This document shows positions 53,835 to 61,708 of a stretch of 64,000 nucleotides of DNA, piece by piece. Source of the stretch: an uncultured Bacteroidia bacterium (GTDB lineage: Bacteria; Bacteroidota; Bacteroidia; Bacteroidales; UBA932); the NCBI GenBank assembly GCA_902782225.1, contig CACZMF010000011.1, positions 3,127-67,126 of the forward strand. The letters are read 5' to 3'. The translations under genes were made by a program, and so were the position numbers. Position 1 is the first letter of the stretch. Every line of letters begins with the position of its first letter. The notes beneath the pieces are model-generated. The model saw only the letters and a program-made list of their open reading frames with translations. It did not search any database and had not been told where the DNA came from.

Positions 53835-55598
53835 ATGAAGAAAATATTTTCATACCTGATTCTGCTCGCGCTTCCTCTGCTTGTCTTCTCCTGCAGGAGC
53901 AAGGCCCCGGAGACTCCGGTTTCCAAGATGAAGAGCGTTTTATACACCAGCATTCCCGCCTCTTCCGAGGTTATCGAACTGCTCGCCGGCAAGAGCAAGA
54001 CCGTCGACGTGAACGTCTGCGCCGAAGCGGTTTCCGACGTCTACATGACCATGACCTTCAAGGTGGATCCCGAAGCCGTGGCAAGCTACAACAGCAAGAA
54101 CGGCACCAACTACGAGATTCTCCCGTCCTCGGCCTTCACGTTCACGAAGGGTGAAGTCATGCTTCCCCGCTTCAATACGGCGTCCTCCACGGCCAAGCTC
54201 CGCATTGCGGCTGTCGGGCTGGAAGACAACAAGATGTACCTGCTGCCCGTCACGCTGGACAAGGTGACCGGCACCGACAACTGGCAGCTCTCCACCGAGC
54301 CCGTGGCCTACCTGCGCGTCATCCAGGTCAACACCGGCCCCGAGGGCGGCGACGGCTCGGCCGAGTATCCCTACATCCTGGGCACGGTTGACGATCTGCT
54401 CAAGATGGGCGACAGGCTCAGTTCCGAGGAGAAGGTCTATTTCCGCATGACCAACGACATCGACATGTCCGGCGTCAACTGGATTCCCCTCAACGCCGGC
54501 AGTCCCTACGACAAGGAAATCGACTTCGACGGCGCAGGCCACACCATTTCCAACTTCCACTGCGAGTACACCAGCTACCCGAGCTTCTTCGGCGTGCTCA
54601 ACGGCTATTGCCACGACGTCACGTTCAAGGACGCCAGCATCGACTGCAGCGCCGATTCCGGCTGCGGCATCCTCGGCGGCTACGCCGGCACCGGTGCCAT
54701 CCACGCTGAAGTCATGCGCGTCCACGTCCAGGGCCGCGTGACCATGACCGGCAACAAGACCGGCGTCGGCGGCATGTTCGGCACCGTGGCCAATGCCAAT
54801 ATCTGCGCCAGCTCCGCAGACTGCGTGGTCTATTCCGGCAAGAATTACGTCGGCGGCCTCTTCGGCTACTCCAAGAACACCTCCACCGGCACCGGCAACC
54901 ACATCAAGGACTGCTGGGTCGGCGGTGCGGTCAGGGGCGACCAGAGGGTCGGCGGCATCACCGGCGGTATCAACGGCGACAACGACAGCGTCGAGAACTG
55001 CTACTGCATTGCCGAGATGTTCGTCGTCAATCAAGAAGGCAACAAGGAATACGCAGCCACCCGTTCCGTGGGCGGCATCGTGGGCCACTGCAACCAGGAC
55101 AAGGCCGATGCCTGCGACACCCGTATGCCCGGCGATGTCATCAGCGGCTGCATCGCATGGCAGGACGAGATCAAGACCAGGACCGACCTTGGCGACGGCA
55201 CTCCGGCTTCCACCGGAAGCGACTTCTACAGCGCCGGCGCCATCGTGGCCTTCGGCTCCACGCACAACACCTACGCCAACTGCTTCCGCAAGGCCAGCCT
55301 CGATTTCCGCGACTACTGCAGCGCCTTTCTCCTCTATGACCAGGAGAATACTTCTCCCACTTCACCCCTTATGATCAAGAAGGTGGACGGCAGCAACTAC
55401 AACTTCCCTTATCACGGCAAGGCGGCCCCTGCCGGCAAGACCCTTTCCCAGCTCGCCCAGGATCTGGGCTGGAGCCCTGAGATCTGGGACTTCAGCGGCG
55501 AACTGCCCACCATCAGGCCCGACGCCTCATACAATCCTGTCGAGGACACCCACTGCGACGGACAAATCGGTGATTTTGACGACAATAAACTCAACTAA
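53835..55598 (+). CDS. Lipoprotein: DUF1735/BT_3987-like N-domain + GLUG-repeat module
   Basis: Lipobox ..LPLLVFSC. DUF1735-like VASYNSKNGTNYEILPSSAFTF..KMYLLPVTLDKV. Module head YPYILGTVDDLLKM..NDIDMSGVNWIPLN..IDFDGAGHTISNF. G-G-x-x-G turns: VGGMFG, VGGLFGY, VGGITGG, VGGIVGH. Confidence 0.75.
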   Translation: MKKIFSYLILLALPLLVFSCRSKAPETPVSKMKSVLYTSIPASSEVIELLAGKSKTVDVNVCAEAVSDVYMTMTFKVDPEAVASYNSKNGTNYEILPSSAFTFTKGEVMLPRFNTASSTAKLRIAAVGLEDNKMYLLPVTLDKVTGTDNWQLSTEPVAYLRVIQVNTGPEGGDGSAEYPYILGTVDDLLKMGDRLSSEEKVYFRMTNDIDMSGVNWIPLNAGSPYDKEIDFDGAGHTISNFHCEYTSYPSFFGVLNGYCHDVTFKDASIDCSADSGCGILGGYAGTGAIHAEVMRVHVQGRVTMTGNKTGVGGMFGTVANANICASSADCVVYSGKNYVGGLFGYSKNTSTGTGNHIKDCWVGGAVRGDQRVGGITGGINGDNDSVENCYCIAEMFVVNQEGNKEYAATRSVGGIVGHCNQDKADACDTRMPGDVISGCIAWQDEIKTRTDLGDGTPASTGSDFYSAGAIVAFGSTHNTYANCFRKASLDFRDYCSAFLLYDQENTSPTSPLMIKKVDGSNYNFPYHGKAAPAGKTLSQLAQDLGWSPEIWDFSGELPTIRPDASYNPVEDTHCDGQIGDFDDNKLN

Positions 55599-55609
55599 GC
55601 ACAAGCCGT

Positions 55610-57574
55610 ATGAAAACAAAAGTTTATTCCGTTCTTGCACTTGGACTGGTACTGTCCTTGGCTTGCGCATGCAATAAAGAGACCCGCGACCTTCCCGCTC
55701 CCGGGCAGAAGATAAGCGTCAGCGCCTTCCTTCCCGAAGACACCAAAGTCGCCGCCGGCGACAAGGAAGGAGGCATCACCTGGTCGTGGGAAGAGGGCGA
55801 CGCGATAACCCTCGTCGGCAAGACTTCCTCCACGCTTTCCATCGACCCGGGATTCACCGCGAAGAAGGCCACCTTCTCCGGAAAACCCGTGTCGGGCGAC
55901 AGCTTCTCCATCATTTATCCCGCCATGGCCTCAGTGTCGGCCATGGATGCCATCACTTTCGACACCCAGGTGCAGGCGAGCACCGACTCGAAGGCTCACC
56001 TTCAGTACTTTGCCCTGCTCCAAGACATCAAGTCCTACAGCAGCTTCGAGTTCAGCCCTTCGTGGGCGGCGTCCAACGGCGCCTCGTTCAAGCAGGGCGG
56101 CGTGCTGAAAATCGTGGCGTCGCTTCCTGCCGAGACCACAATGGTGACCAAGCTCGCGATCAAGGCATCGGCCCCCGTGTTCCATGCCGACAACGGTGAT
56201 ACCATGACCGACGCCCTCGCCGTCACCTTCGAGGAATCCGCCCTTCCGGAGAGCAAGACCCTGGTCGCCTGGTTCACCACTTCCTGGCACGACACCGCGA
56301 TTCCTGCCGGCACCACCATCCAGTTCACTGCCGCCGCAGGAGACTTCACCTGGCTCAGCGACCTCAGCATTCCTGCCGAAAAGGTGATTAAGTCCGGCTG
56401 CGTCAACGTCATCGAGCTGCCTGCCTCCGTGTGGTACAACACCGGCCGCTACAGCGGCGGCGCAGGCACTGCGGCGAGCCCCTGGATCATCACCAAGCCC
56501 GAGCAGATGAACTTCATCAAGGAAGACCTGGTGGCGGGAGACATCCGTTACTTCAAACTGGGCGCCGACATCGATATGTCCGGCATTACCGGCTGGGAGC
56601 CTCTCAACTACGCCAGCCCCTATGACAAGCAGATCGACTTCGACGGCGCAGACCACACCATCTCCGGCTTCACCTGCGATTATCCCAGCTATCCGAGCTT
56701 CTTCGGCGTGCTCTATGGAGCCTGCCGCAACGTCAATTTCGTGAACGCCGTGATCAACTGCTCCAACAACACCGGCTGCGGTATCATCGGCGGCTACGGC
56801 GGCACCGGCGACAAGCACGCCGACGTGTTCCGTGTCCACGTGCAGGGCGAAGTCAACTTCACCGGCAACAAGACCGGTATCGGCGGTATGTTCGGCCAGC
56901 TTGCCAACGCAAGCCTGAATGCCTGCTCGGCAGATGTCAACGTCACTTCCGGCAAGAACTACGTCGGCGGCCTTTGCGGCTACATCGGAGCCAGCACCGT
57001 CTCCGTCGAGAACTGCTGGACCAGCGGCTCCGTGGCGGGCAACCAGAGGGCCGGCGGCATCACCGGCGGCGTGATCAAGGAAGGCTCCGTGATACGCAAC
57101 TGCTACTCCCTCTCCGCAGTCAGCGCCAACTTCTGCATCGCCGGTATCGCAGGCCACTGCAACCTCGACCAGAAGAGCGGCAATCCCGACGTGAGCACTC
57201 CCGGCAACGTGATCGAGAAGTGCATCGCCTGGAACGAGTCCATCAAGGCGAACTCCGTGACCGAGGGCGACAAGAGCCACTACAGCGGCGGCGCCATCGC
57301 AGGCTACACCTCGATGAAAAACACCCTTGCCGACTGTATGCGCAAGGCCGACCTCGTGTTCGTGGAGTACTCCGACCTCTTCGGCCTCTACGACCAGGAG
57401 AACGCCTCCGCCGCGACGCCTCTGGTGGTCAACGCAGTCGAAGGTGCCACCTATAATTATCCATATCACGGCAAAACTGCAGCTGCCGGCGCCACCCTCA
57501 GCCAGGTCGCACAGGCCCTCGGCTGGCCGGCCGACATCTGGGACTTCAGCGGCAGCGTTCCTGTCCTTAAATAA
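55610..57574 (+). CDS. Lipoprotein: fimbrillin-like N-module + GLUG-repeat module
   Basis: Lipobox ..LSLACAC. Module head SPWIITKPEQMNFI..ADIDMSGITGWEPLN..IDFDGADHTISGF. Turns: IGGMFG, VGGLCGY, AGGITGG, IAGIAGH. Paralog of 53835, 58635 and 61709. Confidence 0.75.
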   Translation: MKTKVYSVLALGLVLSLACACNKETRDLPAPGQKISVSAFLPEDTKVAAGDKEGGITWSWEEGDAITLVGKTSSTLSIDPGFTAKKATFSGKPVSGDSFSIIYPAMASVSAMDAITFDTQVQASTDSKAHLQYFALLQDIKSYSSFEFSPSWAASNGASFKQGGVLKIVASLPAETTMVTKLAIKASAPVFHADNGDTMTDALAVTFEESALPESKTLVAWFTTSWHDTAIPAGTTIQFTAAAGDFTWLSDLSIPAEKVIKSGCVNVIELPASVWYNTGRYSGGAGTAASPWIITKPEQMNFIKEDLVAGDIRYFKLGADIDMSGITGWEPLNYASPYDKQIDFDGADHTISGFTCDYPSYPSFFGVLYGACRNVNFVNAVINCSNNTGCGIIGGYGGTGDKHADVFRVHVQGEVNFTGNKTGIGGMFGQLANASLNACSADVNVTSGKNYVGGLCGYIGASTVSVENCWTSGSVAGNQRAGGITGGVIKEGSVIRNCYSLSAVSANFCIAGIAGHCNLDQKSGNPDVSTPGNVIEKCIAWNESIKANSVTEGDKSHYSGGAIAGYTSMKNTLADCMRKADLVFVEYSDLFGLYDQENASAATPLVVNAVEGATYNYPYHGKTAAAGATLSQVAQALGWPADIWDFSGSVPVLK

Positions 57575-57583
57575 TTATTGTAT

Positions 57584-58630
57584 ATGAAGAAAGGATTGAC
57601 ATATTCATGGGCGATAATCCTCTGCCTGCTGGCTTTTTCCTGCAAGAAGCCGTCGGGCCCGGACCTGCCTCCGCCCACCCCGTCCGGCCAAAGCGACAAC
57701 CAGGGCGGACAGAACAACAACCAGGGCACTGATCCCGACACCCCCCAGGAGTCTCACCCATGGGATGCCAATCGTGGTAAATACGTAGTTCCCACAGGCG
57801 ACGGGTGGTCCAGGGCCACCGTCGCCGCGGGGATTACATATTACTCTTTCTCGGGCACGGAATCAGTCTCCAAGGCCAAGCAGCGCATCTATGTGGCCGA
57901 CATCGACATGTCTTCCGACAAGTATCAGCTCGGCCTGGTGTATCATTCCGACCGCCGCACCACTTCGCAGGTGTTCACGGAGGAGAAAGCCATCATCTCC
58001 ATGAACGGCGGCTACGAGCAGCCATCCATCGTGATCAAGATCGGCGGAATCTACAAGTCCGCCATGCCCAACAACTTCATAGGCGACACGGACGTCCCCA
58101 ACTGGAAAAACGAAGGCGCGCTGTATTTCAGCGACGGCACCGACCCCCGCATCCGTTTCGACGGCAAGGGCAAGAGCGTCACCGCACAGCGCAGCTTCTA
58201 CTATTCCAGCAAGGAGCCCAACATCCTGACCAGCGCACCCATGCTGATCAATGATTTCGAGCCGGTAGGGGAGACCTTCGTCAGCTACACCGGCAACCTC
58301 AACTCCCTCAATTACGAAGATCCCAGGCGCCATCAGGGCGTCCGCCATCCCCGCACAGCCATAGCCACCACCGAGAACAACCATCTGCTGATGGTCGTCA
58401 TAGACGGCAGGCGCTCTGGCGTGAGCGAGGGAATGACCGCCAGGGAAGTCACCGGCTTCCTTGTCCAAAACTTCAACCCCCAGTATGCCCTGAATCTCGA
58501 CGGCGGAGGCTCTTCGACCCTCTGTGTCGCAGGCCTGGGCGACAAGACCACCCACGTGGTCAACAAGCCCACGGATTCCGAGGGAGAGCGTTCCGTGACA
58601 ACCCATCTGTTTATTATTCCGAAGAAATAG
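57584..58630 (+). CDS. Phosphodiester glycosidase family lipoprotein (NAGPA-like), copy 2
   Basis: MKKGLTYSWAIILCLLAFSC. Motifs HPRTAIATTENNHLLMVVIDGRR and ALNLDGGGSSTLCV. Paralog of the C-terminal domain of the next gene. Confidence 0.8.
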   Translation: MKKGLTYSWAIILCLLAFSCKKPSGPDLPPPTPSGQSDNQGGQNNNQGTDPDTPQESHPWDANRGKYVVPTGDGWSRATVAAGITYYSFSGTESVSKAKQRIYVADIDMSSDKYQLGLVYHSDRRTTSQVFTEEKAIISMNGGYEQPSIVIKIGGIYKSAMPNNFIGDTDVPNWKNEGALYFSDGTDPRIRFDGKGKSVTAQRSFYYSSKEPNILTSAPMLINDFEPVGETFVSYTGNLNSLNYEDPRRHQGVRHPRTAIATTENNHLLMVVIDGRRSGVSEGMTAREVTGFLVQNFNPQYALNLDGGGSSTLCVAGLGDKTTHVVNKPTDSEGERSVTTHLFIIPKK

Positions 58631-58634
58631 AGTC

Positions 58635-61559
58635 ATGACAAAGATTTTCAATAGTTTACTCCTTCCGCTGGCGGCCACGGCCCTCCTTGCGGCCTGCGTG
58701 AAAGAGGCGCCTGCCCCGGAGCGGCAGCGCGAAATGGTCACCGTCACCGCTTCCGTCCCCGAAGCCACCAAGGTCGCCTTCGAGGATGCCGCCGACAACG
58801 GCCTGTCCCTTTCCTGGGAAGACGGAGACTGCCTCCGCATCATTTCCGGCAGCGAGTCCGGACGGTACGACATCCTCGACGATTTCGAAGAGCACAAGGC
58901 CAGGTTCCGCGGCCCTGAAGTGACGGGAGAAAAGTACAACATCCTCTATCCGGGCACTTTCGAGAGCGTGGAAGAGGCGGCGGAATTCGACTTTGCCGGC
59001 CAGGTGCAGAACGGCAACGACAACAAGGACCACCTGCGCTACATCACCCTCCTGGAAGGTGTGGACACCAAGGAAGACATCTGTTTCTCCGATGAGTGGG
59101 CCGCCGCCCACGGCGGAATATGCAGGCAGAGCGGCGTGGTGAAGTTCATCCTCACCCTGCCCTCCGGACTGACCCAGCCCCGCAAGGTGCGGCTGTCCGG
59201 ACTGGACAAGGACATCGTCCTTGCCATCAAGAACGTCAACCTCAGCTCCAACCATGTGCTCACCGCTTATGCCGTGACTCCCTGGAACGATATCCCCATC
59301 TCTTCCGGCACCGACCTCACCGTCACCGTCTCGGATGCGCAGGGAGCAACCTGGAGCCGCAATATCACCGTCAACAAGGAGACAGCCATCGGCGCGGGCA
59401 AGCAGAGCGTGTTCCGCCTGACGCAGGGCTTCGAGGAGACCCTCTTCGCCGGAGGCTCCGGCACCCAGAACGACCCGTACCTCATCTCCGGAGCCAGGCA
59501 TCTCTACAATATGCACGCAGACGGTATCCTGGAGCAGGGCAAGAAGACCTATTTCCTCATGACTGAAGACGTCGACATGTCCGTCATCTCCGAGCCCTGG
59601 GTACCCCTCAACAACGTGAATCCCTACGGCTGCGAAGTCGATTTCGACGGCAGCGGCCACACCATCGACAACTTCACCTGCTCCGACACCGACCACTGCC
59701 CCGGTTTCTTCACCGTGCTGTTCGGCGACGTCCACAACGTCCGCTTCACCAATGCCGACGTTAAGAAGACCAACGACAACACCGGACATCCCTGCGGTAT
59801 CCTCGGTGGTTACGGCGGATACGCCAGCTGCCCGTCAAGGGTCTGGGACGTCCACGTCCAGGGTACGGTCACTTCCACGGCGGTCAACGGCGTGGGCGGA
59901 ATGTTCGGGCGCATCAACGCCATCGACATCGAATCCTGCTCGGCAGACGTCAATGTCACGAGCAAGGGAGGCGGCAGGTCCGGCCTGGTGGGCGGTATCT
60001 TCGGTTACGACACCGGCGCAGTGACCGTGCGTAACTGCTGGACTTCAGGCATCATCAGAGGATCCGACAAGGTGGGCGGCATCGGCGGTGCCTTCATCAA
60101 GGCCGAATCCTCCATGTATAACTGCTACTCGATTGCCGAAGTCAACGGTTCCTTCCAGTATGCCGGAATCCTGGGCCATGCCAACCTCGACCAGAAGGCC
60201 AACAACGACACCAACACCCCCGACAACCACATCGAAAGGTGCATCGCCTGGAACTCCGCCGTCCAGACCATCACGACCGACTCCGGCGAGCACTACAGCA
60301 GCGGCGCCATTATAGGCTACACCGCCCAGAAGAATTATCTTTCCGACTGCTTCCGCAGGAGCGACCTCAGTTTCACCGAGTGCCCCGGGAATATAGACCG
60401 CGGCTACGGCATTACGGACCAGGAAAACGCCAGCCCTTCGAAGCCTCTCGTGCGCCAGTCCTCCAACACCTACGATTTTGCCTACCACGGCAAGGCCGCC
60501 GCAGCGGGCAGGACACTCTCCCAGGTTGCTCAGAGCCTCGGCTGGAATGCCACCATCTGGGATTTCAGCGGCCCTGTTCCCCAGCTCACCGGTGAGGCGA
60601 TATTCGTGGACAACGCCCAGGAAAGCGGCGCCGCAAATGCTCCCACAGGCAGCAATCCCAGGCCCGGAGAGGGCGAGATACGTCCTTCCGCCGGAGGCGG
60701 CTGGACCGTGAAAAGCATAGTGCCGGGAGTCACCTATTATGCCTTCGACGGCGTGGACAGCTATTCGGGATATGTGCAGCAGGTGTTCGTGATCGACTTC
60801 GATCTCAGCAGCACCCAGTACAAGCTCCAGTTCGTGTATGAGAATCCTTCCCTGGTCAATTCCGAAGTGTTCTCCAAGTACAACGCAATCGCTTCCATCA
60901 ACTGCGGTTATGAAATGTCTTCCATCGTCTACAAGTACGACGGCATTGGCAAGGCCTACATTCCCAACAACACCATCACCGACACCGGTGTGGCCAACTG
61001 GAAGAACGAAGGCGCCTTCTACTTCGACGGCAACCGCACCGCGAAGATCAGTGCCGACGGTTATGGCCTCTCCATCAGCGAGCAGCGCAAGTACTACATG
61101 TACAATACCTCCGAGTGGCCCAATATCGTGTCCAGCGCCCCCGTGCTAATCAACGACTGGAGCCCCATAGGCGAGACATTCACCCAGCGTTACAACATCG
61201 GCGGCCCGTCCGAGTCTCCGAGGGTCCACCAGAACAGCACGCACCCCCGTACTGCAGTCGCACTCACAGAGGGCAACCACCTGCTGATGGTGGCCGTGGA
61301 CGGACGCTATGACGCTTCCGGCTTCAGTATCGGCATGAGCGCCAAGCAGCTCACCAGGTTCCTCGTGACCCACTTCAATCCCCGCTGGGCCCTCAACCTC
61401 GACGGCGGCGGTTCCACCACCATGTGCGTCCAGGGAGAAGGTGACGCTACGACTCACGTCGTCAACTATCCTTGTGACAACGTCAAGAGCAAGGGCCTGC
61501 CTCACGACCATGCCGGCGAGCGCGCCCGTGATACCCACCTTGTCATCGTAGCCAGATAA
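58635..61559 (+). CDS. Tripartite lipoprotein: fimbrillin-like N-module + GLUG-repeat module + C-terminal phosphodiester glycosidase (NAGPA-like) domain
   Basis: Lipobox ..TALLAAC. Module head DPYLISGARHLYNM..EDVDMSVISEPWVPLN..VDFDGSGHTIDNF. Turns: VGGMFG, VGGIFGY, VGGIGGA. The C-terminal 297 aa (about 60666-61556) carry HPRTAVALTEGNHLLMVAVDGR and ALNLDGGGSTTMCV. Confidence 0.8.
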   Translation: MTKIFNSLLLPLAATALLAACVKEAPAPERQREMVTVTASVPEATKVAFEDAADNGLSLSWEDGDCLRIISGSESGRYDILDDFEEHKARFRGPEVTGEKYNILYPGTFESVEEAAEFDFAGQVQNGNDNKDHLRYITLLEGVDTKEDICFSDEWAAAHGGICRQSGVVKFILTLPSGLTQPRKVRLSGLDKDIVLAIKNVNLSSNHVLTAYAVTPWNDIPISSGTDLTVTVSDAQGATWSRNITVNKETAIGAGKQSVFRLTQGFEETLFAGGSGTQNDPYLISGARHLYNMHADGILEQGKKTYFLMTEDVDMSVISEPWVPLNNVNPYGCEVDFDGSGHTIDNFTCSDTDHCPGFFTVLFGDVHNVRFTNADVKKTNDNTGHPCGILGGYGGYASCPSRVWDVHVQGTVTSTAVNGVGGMFGRINAIDIESCSADVNVTSKGGGRSGLVGGIFGYDTGAVTVRNCWTSGIIRGSDKVGGIGGAFIKAESSMYNCYSIAEVNGSFQYAGILGHANLDQKANNDTNTPDNHIERCIAWNSAVQTITTDSGEHYSSGAIIGYTAQKNYLSDCFRRSDLSFTECPGNIDRGYGITDQENASPSKPLVRQSSNTYDFAYHGKAAAAGRTLSQVAQSLGWNATIWDFSGPVPQLTGEAIFVDNAQESGAANAPTGSNPRPGEGEIRPSAGGGWTVKSIVPGVTYYAFDGVDSYSGYVQQVFVIDFDLSSTQYKLQFVYENPSLVNSEVFSKYNAIASINCGYEMSSIVYKYDGIGKAYIPNNTITDTGVANWKNEGAFYFDGNRTAKISADGYGLSISEQRKYYMYNTSEWPNIVSSAPVLINDWSPIGETFTQRYNIGGPSESPRVHQNSTHPRTAVALTEGNHLLMVAVDGRYDASGFSIGMSAKQLTRFLVTHFNPRWALNLDGGGSTTMCVQGEGDATTHVVNYPCDNVKSKGLPHDHAGERARDTHLVIVAR

Positions 61560-61570
61560 TAATCAACACC

Positions 61571-61705
61571 ATGAATAAGAAATACCAGACTCCCAGTATC
61601 AGCATCGACAGTGAGCTGTACCTCGCAGGCCTTCTGGCCGCTTCTTCCGACGGATCGCTGGAGGACATGTCCGGCGAAGTCATATTCGATGATTTAACTG
61701 CCTGA
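61571..61705 (+). CDS. Unannotated 44-codon ORF (MNKKYQTPSISIDSELYLAGLLAASSDGSLEDMSGEVIFDDLTA)
   Basis: Found by hand translation; it is below the track's length cut-off. It fills the only sizeable gap (149 nt) in an otherwise tightly packed gene row. No signal peptide. Coding status unproven. Confidence 0.3.
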   Translation: MNKKYQTPSISIDSELYLAGLLAASSDGSLEDMSGEVIFDDLTA

Positions 61706-61708
61706 TTT

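Noticed and set aside
53940-59789. Long minus-strand ORFs 53940..55265, 55931..57469 and 58656..59789 opposite the GLUG genes
   Set aside because: Antisense shadows. Their products are Gly/Ala/Val/Asp/His-rich without motifs, while the + strand products are mutually paralogous lipoproteins.
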